NCBI GenBank assembly: GCA_028534125.1
Contig: CM052816.1
Coordinates: 45,634,001-45,698,000, forward strand
Source of the DNA: Lama glama
Taxonomy: Eukaryota
Direction of reading: 5' to 3'
DNA length: 64,000 nt
In this document: one piece after another, positions 51,672 through 63,389 of the stretch
How the letters are laid out: the number at the start of each line of letters is the position of its first letter
Numbering within the stretch: the first letter of the stretch is position 1
Made by a program: the position numbers and the translations under genes
Notes under the pieces: generated by a model
The model's database searches: none
Told to the model about the DNA's origin: nothing
The model's input: the letters and a program-made list of their open reading frames with translations, nothing else

Positions 51672-52749
51672 TCATACTTTTTTTTTTAGTGTATACATTT
51701 TGGTTACTTCTTTCAAAAAAGTTGTAATCTTGAGACATTTCATTTCAAGCTGAAATAAGCCTTTTCAATCAGTCCAATCCCTTTACTTTATGACTGAAGA
51801 AAAGCCACAGAAGGATGAGTGAACGTCCAAAGTCACTATAAGTTAATGTCAGAATCAGGATGTTATATCTAATTGGGTGCATTTAAAATGTTTTATTGAA
51901 ACACATTTCACGGTGTATTTGGCACATCTCTGCAGCCTAGGAAATTACCCCAAAATAAACTGCTAGTGTTCATTTGTATTGTAACTAGACCATAGAACAT
52001 CTTTTTTTCCTTTTCTTTTTCTCTTTTTTTTTTCTTTTTTGGTTCTATCTGGCTCTTTTGATGACACAGAGAAGAGAAAAAAGAACTTTAGTAATTTAAG
52101 GTAATAACTTCAACAAGAATTTGTATATAATGCTGTATGTATTAGTTAAGGTACTTTTTTTTTAGCTTTATCCTAATTATCAGTAGTTATGCACCCTTAA
52201 GACTCGATATCAGTAATTTCTAAAACAGGGTGCAGCTAACATATTACACATGTTTCTAAAGGCTGTGGATTTTTTGAAATGTGGAAATTGGTTTAAGACG
52301 AAAGTTACACATTATAAATTAACATTGCACCTAAAAATCGGTTTTCCCCCGATGAACATTGCTATAATTTCTTAGTTTTAGTTTTAAGAAAAAAATCAAT
52401 TTTAAAATAGTCTAAAACATTTAAAATGTGTTTAAAACATTAAAAGTGTGTAAACTTAATATAAACATATATATACGTATGTAAATATATATGTAACATC
52501 CTACAGCTCCAGGCTAATTCCAAATTCCGTGAAATCAATTCCCTGAAAGTTCTTCAAAGTAGCCGTTATTTAGGAAAATAAGACCCAAATTTATCTCAAC
52601 TTCCCGTTATTTATTATCTACGGCGCGCCTTTCTTAATCGGTTATTTTCCAGGCAGACATTTTAAAATTAAAGCTAAGATTCGAGTTTCACATAGGAAGA
52701 AAGAGAAGAAACTTCTCCCTCTTCTCCTTCACTTCTCACCCCCTCTGAG

Positions 52750-53560
52750 ACCAGGCTGCTTCTGAACGGGCGCGCGGCAGGAACGACACGCTCCCCGCAC
52801 CGCCGCGGCCGAGGGCAGCGCGGGCGCGGGCAGCTCCGCGGGGTTCGCTGCAGCCCGCCGCGCGCTCGCCGCCTACCTCCAGCAACAGGTGCGGGAGGGC
52901 GACTCCGCGCCGCGGGGGACGCTGCAGCGCTCCCGGGGCCACCGCGAAGCTCGCGTTATCACCCCGCAGCCACAGCCTACCTGGCCCCGCGGACACCGAC
53001 ATCCGCGCGCGCCCTGCGGTCCTCGCCGGTTCTCCCTTCGCACAGCCTCGCTCCGCCTTCTCGCTCGCGTCCCCACGCTTCGCCCGGGTTGCGGATTCCT
53101 TCTCCCGCTGTCTAGTCTGGAAGGTGGCTCCAGCCGCACCGCCCTCCCCCCGACCCCCACTTCCCCCCCTGCCTCCTCCCCCATCGTCCGTCTGCTCCAA
53201 TAGGACTCGCGGCTCCCCGCGCTGCGCTCACCTGACCAGCGGAGCGGGGGTGGTCGCCCAAGACAGCGCGCCCTCGTCTGCGCAGCTGGCCGCCAGGTCC
53301 GCGCTCCGGCGGCGGGAACTCCCTGCCTTGGCCGTCCCTAATGGACTCTCCCATCAGCCCGGCGCCAGAGCCGACCTGCCGGCGCGCCGGGACACGCGCG
53401 GCCAGCAGCTGCTGCGCGTCTCGGATTCAGTACGCTGTCTGCGCTTTCTGGTCGTCCGCTTCGACTAAACTTGCTAGTTTATCGTCTTGGGCGCAAGGAA
53501 CCCCTCTCCTTCGCCTAGACAGCGGGGCACTCCGCCCTAGGTACGCCACTGTAAGCGCCA
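52750..53560. promoter_or_regulatory. CpG island / TATA-less ADGRV1 promoter and 5'UTR
   Basis: Only extended GC- and CpG-rich stretch in the window; surrounds exon 1; GC-box-like runs; CCAAT at 53197-53201 (+). Exact TSS cannot be read from sequence. Confidence 0.9.
52981..53002 (-). CDS. ADGRV1: ADGRV1 coding exon 1 (22 nt, MSVSAGP+G)
   Basis: ATGTCGGTGTCCGCGGGGCCAG|gtaggc inside the CpG island; resembles human MSVFLGPG; phase 1 matches exon 2. Confidence 0.92.
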
Positions 53561-53934
53561 CTGTTCCTTTTTGGGGAGAAAACCCAGTAATTGAGTCTTG
53601 TTCTTTTCCTAAAGGGACATTTAATGTTGAATGGAATAGGAAACAGAAAACAGTGGAAGGCACTGTGAGAAAAACAACGATCTCTAAATCACAACCCTGA
53701 GTTCACTGAGGTGGCACTTGCTGTCTGGGGTGAAAGTTTAACGAACCAAAAAACAATATGCCAAGAAAAAAAAAAAAGCATCCCATAGAGTATTAGTGAT
53801 GCGCTGAAAGGAAAAGATTATAGGAAGCGCTGAAAGCTTCTCCCAAGAGCTGAAAAATAAAACCACAGCAAACAGTATAGCTGGTATTTTTAGCAAAGTT
53901 AGCTGTTACCAAATGTTGAATGTATTTGCTGAAT

Positions 53935-54630
53935 GCCCATTGCACTTAAATCCAAACTCCTCACGTGAACTAAAAGAACCACATGATTCTCTCCCTCTTT
54001 TCTTCTAAAGCCTCATCTTGGATCATTCTCCCTCTTTTCACTGTATTCCTATCACACTGACCTTCTTTCTTTGGTTCAAACACATCAAAATCATTCCTGC
54101 CTCAGAACCTTTGCACAAGCTTTCCTCTCTGTCTGGCACACTGTTGCTAGAGATCTGCATATGGCTGGCTCCTTCTACCATCACCTTCATTTGAGGGGTA
54201 GCTCAACTATCCCTTTCTTGGAGGTGTCTGATGATTTCTATGAGCACTCTTACCTATTACCTTGTTTGATTTTCTTTTTCTTATTTATCCCGAATAAAGA
54301 TCTTTTTTTTAATTGAGTTATAGTCATTTTACAATGTTGTGTCAAATTCCAGTGTAGAGCACAATTTTTCAGTTATACATGAGCATACATATATTCATTG
54401 TCACATTTTTTTCTCTGTGAGCTACCATAAGATCTTGTATATATTTCCCTGTGCTATACAGTATAATCTTGTTTATCTGTTCTGCAGTTTGAAATCCCAG
54501 TCTGTCCCTTCCCACCCCCTGCCTTGTCTGCTTGTAAGAATGAAAGCTCCAAGAAGGCAGTTTCCATGTCTCTCTCATTTGCTGCTCTATACCCAGTACC
54601 TAGAATAGGCTCTGGAATATAGTAGAAAGT
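53935..54630 (+). mobile_element. L2 3' fragment, split by an L1 piece
   Basis: ttcctgcctcagaacctttgcacaagct...ctatacccagtacctagaataggctctggaatatagtag. Confidence 0.65.
54272..54521 (-). mobile_element. Short LINE-1 3'-end fragment nested in an L2
   Basis: Similar to the 3'UTR of the L1 at 36447; degenerate TSD ccttgtttgatt / ccttgtctgctt. Confidence 0.85.
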
Positions 54631-55380
54631 TAATGCACATGGGAGGGAGGTGGGGAGGGAGGAAAAGCCCTATGCAGGAAGACTGTGTGAAGAACCTGGA
54701 GGCTCTCATATCAAAAAGATTCCCAGAGCTTATTTCCTAATACTTCAAAATCCAACTTTAGAAAACATGACTTGATCCCATGTTAAAATACAAATATGCC
54801 TGAATCGGAGAGATTATATACTTCTTCAATCATTTGTAGCTTAGAGGGACTTTGTTCTTCAAGTCATGTTTTGATAAGGAAAACAGAAAGGAAGAGGATT
54901 ACTAGGCATCTGGAGGTGGGAGGTGGCAGGTGCCTCTGAGAGAGAGGGCTGTTGAAAGGAAAGTTGTAACTTCTGAAGGCAAGCTGGCCTAATTCCCAAT
55001 TCTGCCTAAATGCAGCACTGATGGAGTGTAAACCTTTTTCCCTATAGTAATCTTGATGAAATGAATTGAATAACTCTAAATTTCACACGTTAGTAGTTTT
55101 TTTAAGCCCTATAAGAAAAGTACTGATGTCACACAATTTTTCTTCCTTCTCCAATTTAGTTAGTCTTGCATACTAAGTAAGCCTTATAAATCTTTTCTAA
55201 AGATTTTTTAGATCCTTGAAAAAGGTATTTCTCATACTTGACATGCTGAGTTTGGATATCTAAGTTTAAGTATGCATAAGGGAATTTCTTCAAAGGAACA
55301 AAACCAAGCATAAGCAGTCTCTACTTCCCCTCTCCTCCAAAAAAGCAGATGCAGGATGTTACTTCAAGACTACCCTGGTG

Positions 55381-55511
55381 AGGGACGGTATAGCTCAAGT
55401 GGCAGAGCGCATGCTTAGCATACACAGGTCCTGGGTTCCGTCCCCGGTACCTCCACTAAAAATAAATAAGTAAACCTAATTACCTCCCTCTCAAAAAAAC
55501 AAACAAAAAAA
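55381..55511 (+). mobile_element. tRNA-Ala-derived SINE (Vic-1-like)
   Basis: ggtatagctcaagtggcagagcgcatgcttagca...aaacctaattacctccc plus A tail. Confidence 0.9.
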
Positions 55512-56599
55512 GTACCCCAATCTGTCTGCCAGAGGCTTTGGGCCCACACAGGGAAAAATGAAGACTTGCCAGGAGCTTGCCCCACACCTGGGCTCTTTCT
55601 CTCCCCATTCCTAGGTTTGGACCCACCTAGGCAACTAGTCAACTGACTTCCCGCTCTTTCACCCCAATATATCATAGAGTTCTCAATACATTTTAGTGTT
55701 TATCATCTTAGCACTTCATAATGAGAAAACAGAGCTTAAACCCAAGCTGTCAAAGGGCCTGGTGCATTGTAGTAGCTCATTAAACATCTATTGAATGAGT
55801 GATGTGACTGGACAAATATGTGAGAAGGAGGCCTCACTTCAGACCCAGAATTTCATTTTGTGAGCCAAGGGAAATCATTCTCTGCCACAAAAGGATCAGA
55901 GAATTCATTTAATCACTGAGAATACTTTAAGCTTGAGGTTCTGCTCCCAGGTCAGTAAAAGACAGATAATACTCTTGGGCTTTTGGGAAATAAAAAGCCT
56001 CAGAAAATCTGAGCAATTCCCTAAACTCTCTCCCACACAGAGCTATCCCTTGGTGCTCCCACTTCCTTGAACACTCTTCTCCAAACTGATTTTCATTTAA
56101 TTAATCTCTTGCTTACTGATACATAAAAGCCTTCTGCCTCTGAGCTGTCAGACCTTGCTTTTTCTCTCCTTTTCATAACACCATAATCCTGCGAGCTATG
56201 ATACATCTTCTAAATGAGTATCTATTTAACCAGAAGTATGGCTAGACCCTCAGAATATGAACATGGACAAAACATGGTCTCTGCCCTCATGTAGTCCATA
56301 CCGAATAGGAGAAAGATAATAAATCGTGATCATAGAAAGTATGATGTGACCATCCGAGAGATACAAAGACGGTTCAGAAAAGGGAGAGGCCAGATTACTG
56401 GATTGCATCAAGATGGCTTTCTTCTTGGCTCTAACAGATCTGTCACATTCACCCTGCTCTGGTCTCCAGGGCTTGCTTATTGTCCTATCTCACAGAACAG
56501 CCAGGGGCTCCCAGTGACCTCTGGACCTGAGTTAACCATCCTGTGACTGCGTCACACTCCACAGGAAACATATATAAGAATAGTTTTAAACCTCTATGC

Positions 56600-56816
56600 C
56601 AAGGGTCAGAAAACTTTCTACAAAGGGCCAGACAGTACATATCTTAGACTTGCAGGTCATGTAGTCTCTGTCGTGACTATTCAACTCTGCCATTGTGGTG
56701 TGAAAGCACCCAAAGACAATATGTAAACAGGAGCATGGCTGTGTTCCAATAAAACTTCTTCATAAAAGCAGGCAGTGGCCAGACATGGCCAAGGGGCCAT
56801 AGTTTGCCAATCTCTG
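56600..56816 (+). mobile_element. MER58A-like hAT MITE
   Basis: Imperfect TIRs, tggctgtgttccaataaaactt core, perfect 8-bp TSD ctctatgc (56592-56599, 56817-56824). Confidence 0.88.
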
Positions 56817-57027
56817 CTCTATGCAGAAGCAAAAGTTACTCTAATTATCAGGGTTTTTTGATGCAGGTATCCTAAGTTGATTAATTCACTCAATACACAT
56901 TTATTGAGTGCCAATGATATAAGAAGTTTCAGAGATAAAAAGATGAAGAAGAATATGGTCTCAGTCCTTAAGAAGTTTTCTGTAGCAGGATTTGCTGTCC
57001 TGTTTCACAAGTTACCTTTATATATTT

Positions 57028-57045
57028 GTGTGTGTGTGTGTGTGT
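57028..57045. repeat. Short (TG)n microsatellite
   Basis: Direct reading. Confidence 0.9.
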
Positions 57046-57586
57046 ATATACACATACTAGCCTTGATTCTTTGCAAGAAATCTGGACTATTCCCTGTCCT
57101 AGGTCTTCATTTTTATAATCTTCCGTCTTTTTTTCTCTACCAATGATCTCTCATTTATTATGATACCATGGAAGGTGCACTTTGTCAAAATCTTGACACC
57201 ATCTGACCCAAGAGATCAGCCCATGCAGTGGGAAGATCCCAGGAACAAGGGGCTCTGCACTTCCTGGAAGTAGCTGAAGCGGGTAATCAAGGAAGAAGCC
57301 ACTTCAAGGAAACATGCAATGGGGAGGGCTCACAAAACACACCAGAACTTACCCATATGCCTTTAAGAACGTCAGCATGCCTGTCACAAAGTGCATAGCA
57401 TGTCTGTATTATCCAAGAAGCAGCCACAACCCTAAAGGAGGGAGCTATGTTGATAAGCCATCAAATAAAGAAATGTTTGTCCCTCTCCTAGTCTCCTTCT
57501 TAGCTCTCAGTATCAGGAAAGTCAGACCTTGATAAGGAAAAGGTAGAGAAGAGAGATATTCTAGAACCAGAATCACCAGACATACT

Positions 57587-57612
57587 CACACACACACACA
57601 CACACACACACA
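57587..57612. repeat. (CA)13 microsatellite
   Basis: Direct reading. Confidence 0.95.
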
Positions 57613-58173
57613 CTACATACTTGAACAACTAATTATGTCTCCTTTTCATTTCAGGCCCCTGGAGTCATTGGAAATGGGATATAAATACATACATACATAT
57701 ATACAAACATCAAAACTTTTTCTCTCTTGCTTTTTTCACATGAAATTCATATTTCAGTTTTTCTGTACTTGGTTATGTCTAAGTTTCTCAATCTCAATAC
57801 TTAACTTTTCTAAAATTAGTGAGTAAAAATAAAGAATGAGTTAAGTATGATTTTATGTTCTACTGAAAATGTTTTAAACATTTATCTCCCTAAGTTAAAT
57901 ATCTTTTTTATCAAGAAGTCCATTTAAAGAACCTGACACCTGAGATGCTGGGAGATCAGTAACAGAGGTTCTATTTCTAAAGGTATAGAAGAACAAAAAT
58001 AAAAACATCTCTCATAGGTCCAAATGATGTCAAGAGACAGTATAGTGTAGCTAGGCTAAGCAAACAGATAAATTTACTAATCTTTCATGCTTTTGCTTTC
58101 CTCATCTGCAAAATGGAAATTTTTATAACACTACTGTAGCACAGTCTGTGTGTAGATTGAAAGAGACAATAAA

Positions 58174-58310
58174 GGGGGAGGAATAGCTCAAGTGGTAGAG
58201 CACATGCTTAGCAAGCGTGAGGTCCCGGGTTCAGTGTATCTCCTATAAGAATAATAAATAAATCTAATTACCTCCCCCCACCAAAAAAAAAAAAAAAGAG
58301 AGGGAGAGAG
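58174..58310 (+). mobile_element. tRNA-Ala-derived SINE (Vic-1-like), inserted in a MIR
   Basis: SINE head and tail; TSD agagacaataaa / agagacaatgaa. Confidence 0.88.
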
Positions 58311-60604
58311 AGAGACAATGAAGTCTGGTACATCGTAAGATTCCAATAACTGACAGAAAAACAATGAAATTTTAAAAAATGATTTCCTCCACTAGGTATA
58401 TTTTAGATGTAATTAAGAAAGTTTCTCTTGTGAGTTAACCTATCCAATATTGAAAACACTACATTGGTAACAAGATCCAAATAATTTGACAAATTTATAA
58501 TTATGTATTTAAAAGTATTTTCTCATTAAAAATTTTAAATACTTTATTTTCATTGCTATGATGTGATTGTATCTGTCTTTAATTTATCTGGGAGTATTTT
58601 ATACTAATAAAGAAAAGAATATATATGTAATTGCCAAAAGCTCCATCAGATGACTATTCGGATCAGGTAATAACCAAGTGTACATATTATTTTCTAACAA
58701 GTAGTCTCATCTCATTATAAATCTAAATATACACAGTAGTAGTATTTGACAATATATATTGTATTTTATTATTATTATTATTACCATATGCAATGTCTAT
58801 TACATTATTCAGCAAAGGGTGAATTAAGTACAATTGTATGTCCTCTGGAAAATATTTAAATCTTTCTCTTGCTAACTTAAAAACATTTTTTCCTCAAGAA
58901 CTCTGTTTACAAAACATGTACAGAAACTGTTGTCTGAGACTTTTTTAGATTAATAATAGTTTATATTTCTTAAAGAGAAGTATGTCTCAGAACAGTTTTT
59001 CTCGGATTTTAACAGGCATTTTCTCATAAATCAGATACGAGTGTATACGGAATTTTTAATCTTTTAAGAATATCTAATTAAATCTTTCCCCCCCTCCTAG
59101 TTGCGTCTGGTTTAGGCACGCTGTGTGTGGTACTTCCCGCGGTTTGTCATTTTGCTTTAATGGCAGGGGGAGGAAACCAGCAAAGGTCGGCACTCCACTG
59201 CATATTAAAGTGTCGCCATGGCAGCGTTAGTCCACTTGTCAGAGTCGTTCTGAAATGACTCAGCCATTCATTTTGTTGAATCAATATTGAAGCTTTTGAG
59301 ATTTATTACTTGAGGTTTGGGAGCAAGTGAGGCAAACAAATCCTTTCCTAATATCAGATTCTAACTGGGCAAAGATTATGATTTCTGTCAACACTTTATT
59401 TATGAGGAGAGACTATAATGTTTCCACTCCTTGCATAATTATCTTGTCATAAACTTACATTTACATGTTTGGTAAGACAGTGAAAAAGAATTTAAAGTTT
59501 CAAAAAATATTGTGTGGACTAAAAGAAACTTACAAAATGCTGAATTCAAATAGCTAATTTCCTGGGAGGTATGGGGGAGGAGAGCAGGGAGGAGAGATGT
59601 AAAACTTTTGTGAGAAAATCTTTGACATGATCCTAATTTTTATGTATCCCATGTTAGAATCATAATTAATAAGAATCAAGATAAACATGCTATCTACGAA
59701 CTGTTTCTATTTAATAATGCCCACTTTCCCCTTCAACAAATACAAAATTATAAAACTGATCTTTTTTTATTTTAAAATACTGAATTTCTTCGAAGACTTT
59801 TTTAAAATCACGGAAGTCTCTAGTGGATAAGAACAGAAAATGAGTCTGATTTCTCAATCTAAACATTCACTGTGTGTATTTTCAGTTATCACTGGGCTAA
59901 ATTTCATATAGAGCTCATCGATTTCATCCAATGATGAAATTATGAGAAATTTTTGCAAGTATAGATCTGCCTGACAAGACCTTCAAGTGCCTTTGAAGTT
60001 TCATTGTCATATAGGGCAGGCTAACGTGGGACGGGGCCAGCCTCTCTTCAGTATTCCTCCTGTACATCTCTTCCCAGGGCCGAGGAGTCTCCCACTTCAC
60101 ATCTTACGACCTTGGCTAGTCCTACTAGGATCTGAAGAGGATGCTGCAGTGCAATCATCCTCAAAGCCTGCACCAGATAATCTGATGAAGTCATCCGTGT
60201 TGGGTCATGGGATCTGCTCTCCCAGGACCCCGAGTTCCACCAAGGACTTCTCATAACTGAGGTAATGTTTATTTTACCAACAGCAGCAAGCAAACAAAGC
60301 CACTGCAAACAAAGCTCCCACTGCCTGTTTCTCACGTGGGTGGGAAAGTCAAAGCCCAGTGAGAAGAGAGGTTTGACTGATGGTATGTTTGGGGATCATG
60401 CAGGGCCTTGCAAAGTGTATATACGTGTGGGCGCCTGTTCTACTTAACACAGACATCTCTGCCAGCAGCTTTAGATTTAAGTTTGGAATGCTTTACCTTC
60501 CAAATATCCAGTCAGTTTTCCTGACTTAATTTCATACAGCAATAGGAATTTCAACTCACACTGAAATGCATATGCATACTCTGCGCAGTTTCTGGCTAAG
60601 GTAA

Positions 60605-60830
60605 TAAAAAGTTTTTGAAGTAGATCATGGTGATGTCTAACATTGTGAATGTAATTAATGCCAATGAAGTGTACACTTAAAAATGATTAAAATGGCAAAT
60701 TTTATGTTATATTTATTTTATAACTTTTCAACATTAATAATGTTATATATCAAAAACATTAAACTGTACATTTTAAATGGATGAAATATATAGTATGTGA
60801 ATTATAGCTCAAGAAAATGGTTTAAAAAAA
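60605..60830 (+). mobile_element. LINE-1 3'-end fragment (L1MB/MC-like)
   Basis: tgtacacttaaaaatgattaaaatggcaaattttatg...gtatgtgaattatagctcaa. Confidence 0.65.
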
Positions 60831-61657
60831 GAATACTCTGCAGAAAGCTTCAGTGCTTTGTCTGTAGTTTGTACATAAGTCAGGTCATATCAGAAAACTC
60901 ACACTGGAATTGTCTCACTTTTCAGAACATCTAAACTCTTTTGAGTTTTCCTCTTTGTAGAGTTCTGAGAAAGAAATCAGTTTTTTGTTTGTTTGCTTGT
61001 TTTAAGATTGTGTCTGAAAGAGCACTATGCAGACAAACACAGCTTCAGCACTGCATTAGAGTAATCCTACAGGGAATACTCCCAAACAAAATTAAGTTCT
61101 CTAATACTCCTTAGTTTCTCTTTTCTTCCTTTTTTTCTTCTAAAAGCAAGGATGTGAATTGTGACTATTTCCTACAAGAAATGTTGAGCTGGTTAATTTT
61201 TGATAATTATAAAATCACGGGTTGTCACTAGTTCAAAGAAAATCTTTCCCAAATAAGCCCAATTATAAGCAGAGACTTTAACTGTGTCCCTTTATCCACT
61301 GCCAGAATGCAGTAGCAATAGAACAGAATGCGAAAGCTGCAGCTTTGATATGAAAGGTGCTGAAAGTATTCATCTTTTGGTAGTTGTTCTGCCACCATAT
61401 GGAATGGAATAAAAGGAGAAAGAATTACGCGGCATCAACTTGAATTATGTATGCAACCAGAGGAAAGGCAAGGCAAATCATAACCAGATGTGTCTATGCA
61501 TACATTTCTATTACAAAAATTTCCTTTGATATCACCAGGCACCCAACACATTCTACTGGCAATGTGAAGCAACTGAAAATAGTATAAAAGAAAAAATTTA
61601 CTAATGTATATTATCATTCATTTTCAGCAGAGAAATACTATCAGAAATGTCTTTAAA

Positions 61658-61806
61658 GGGCGAGGGTATAGCCCAGTGGTAGAGTGCATGCTTAGCATGT
61701 ATGAGGTCCTGGGTTCAATCCTCAGTATCTGCATTAAAAAATAAATAAAGAAACCTAAATTACTCCCCCCAAAAATCTAAAAATAAATAAAGTAGCTTTT
61801 AAAAAA
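61658..61806 (+). mobile_element. tRNA-Ala-derived SINE (Vic-1-like)
   Basis: Perfect 15-bp TSD agaaatgtctttaaa (61643-61657, 61807-61821). Confidence 0.92.
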
Positions 61807-61830
61807 AGAAATGTCTTTAAAACATCAATA

Positions 61831-61925
61831 TTAAGTTGAACAACATGAAATTGATATTTTCTTAGGTTAAAACAGTCAAACAAAGGCAAAATCATTGAAC
61901 AGCAATTTTATATAACTCAACTGAA
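61831..61925. mobile_element. MADE2-like mariner MITE
   Basis: TA-ttaagttgaacaacatgaaattg...gcaattttatataactcaac: short imperfect inverted repeat. Confidence 0.6.
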
Positions 61926-62914
61926 TCCATAATTTTCTTCTGAATTGAAAATGGCAGCTTATTTTGTTCTTTATAATCATCACTCAATAGAATAAAAGTT
62001 ATTTATTTGATTTCATCTATTTTATTTAATTTTAAATTATTTAACATTTTTAGCCCTTCTCTACAGAATGATTTCCTAAACACATAAATCAATGAATGTT
62101 CCTTTTTTACCATTAATTAATAAAGATCTTGTAAGTTGGGTATACTTCCAATTACTTACTTAAAATTTTCCACTGTTGACCTACTCTCAGCCAGTCGAGG
62201 CACTTCAAGGGAGGCCCTGTCTATCTGAGATGATGGTAGGAGGAGGAAACTCTTCCTTAGATGGACTCTGCCCCTATAACCATTCAACAAAAGGGTGATG
62301 TGAACGATGTGTGAGGCTTCCCACCTTTGCAACTTTGAGGGGCCCATAAGCAGAAAGTGTGGGCACGCTGAGGGACTGGAGGGTCTGAGAGGGAGGTGTA
62401 GGGTTGCTGAAACTTGATCCTAATGGAACTATAGGGCAGAAGCCAACCCCAAGTGGATGATCATCCCACTTCCAATCAGGAACACCACAACTCCTCTAGG
62501 GTCTAGAGAGAAAGTTTAATGCTGGAAATAGAAGGTAGTGCCAAAGATTAGAAGCTAGCTCATCTTAGGAACAATGTTGAAAGGAGAGCAGAAAGGGAGA
62601 AAAGAAGAGGGGCAGAATGAGACTGAGTTGAAAGAGACAAAGAACTTTGCCACTGAGTGCTGCCTGCACAACCTCGTTCAAAGATGTAGCACTGGGAGTG
62701 GAATTGGGAAGTGGACAGGCACTGTGCGTATTCCAGAACTCAGCAGCCAGTGCAGAATCAGGATCCAAACAAGTGCTTGGACTAGGCTCAGGCTCCCACT
62801 GTAGGGGAAGAATTTGCATGGTACTACTAAAAAAATGTCATGTTTCAGTGATAATCTACTCCATACAACAACTGGAAAAATTTGTTTGCAGTTCATAAAA
62901 TTGTGTTCAGCACA

Positions 62915-63385
62915 CAATTTTGGACTTTGGGATTTTCATAAGGATTGCATTAAAACTATAGATCCCTTTGAGAAATATTGTCATCTTAACAATCTCAAGT
63001 CTTCCAATCCATGAACACAGCATCAGCATGTCTTTACATTTACTGATGTTTTTCATTTTTTTCAGCATTGTTTTATAGTTTTCTGTGTATGAATCTTGCA
63101 CTTTCTTGGCTAAATATATTCCTAAGTGTTTATTCTTTTTGGTGCTATTATAAATGGAATTATTTTCTGAATTTTCTTTTCAGATTGTTCATTGCGGTAT
63201 ATAGAAATGCCAGTGATATAAAAATTTGTACATTAATATACTTCCATATAGGTATATGAATTAAAGAAAAGTCTGGAAGATGTGAAAAAAATTTTTAAAT
63301 AAAGTAGCTTGGAAACTTAAAAAAAAAAAAAAGAAATGCCAGTGATTTTTATGTGTTGATCTTGTATCCTGCAACATTGCTAAAG
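62915..63385 (-). mobile_element. LINE-1 ORF2 fragment, interrupted by a small retroposed insert
   Basis: ORF 62907..63101 (YTENYKTMLK..CSWIGRLEIVKMTIFLKGIYSFNAILMKIP) is degenerate L1 ORF2. Confidence 0.85.
63218..63331 (+). pseudogene. 114-nt retroposed poly(A)+ fragment of unknown source
   Basis: AATAAA 63298-63303, 15 nt, A-run from 63319; perfect 15-bp TSD agaaatgccagtgat (63203-63217, 63332-63346). Confidence 0.75.
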
Positions 63386-63389
63386 GTTG

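Larger units (their letters stand above)
1..53002 (-). other. ADGRV1: ADGRV1 gene span, 5' part (start codon to intron 11; continues beyond position 1)
   Basis: Eleven GT-AG exons (22,185,150,96,105,114,566,271,330,177,224 nt = 2240 nt) splice in frame to MSVSAGPGMPSASLLVNLLSALFIPFVFGETEIRF...DDIPEMNETVTLSLDR, recognised as the N-terminus of VLGR1/ADGRV1 with Calx-beta repeats. Confidence 0.97.

Noticed and set aside
52736..53700. Several 80-154 aa ORFs on both strands around exon 1
   Set aside because: Expected from stop-codon scarcity in a CpG island; only the 22-nt exon 1 has homology and splice support.
61658..61735. tRNA-Ala(AGC)-like genes (this and eight similar copies)
   Set aside because: Each has a 5' extension, a shared non-tRNA tail and an A-rich end, and most have a TSD and stem-breaking substitutions: SINEs, not tRNA genes.
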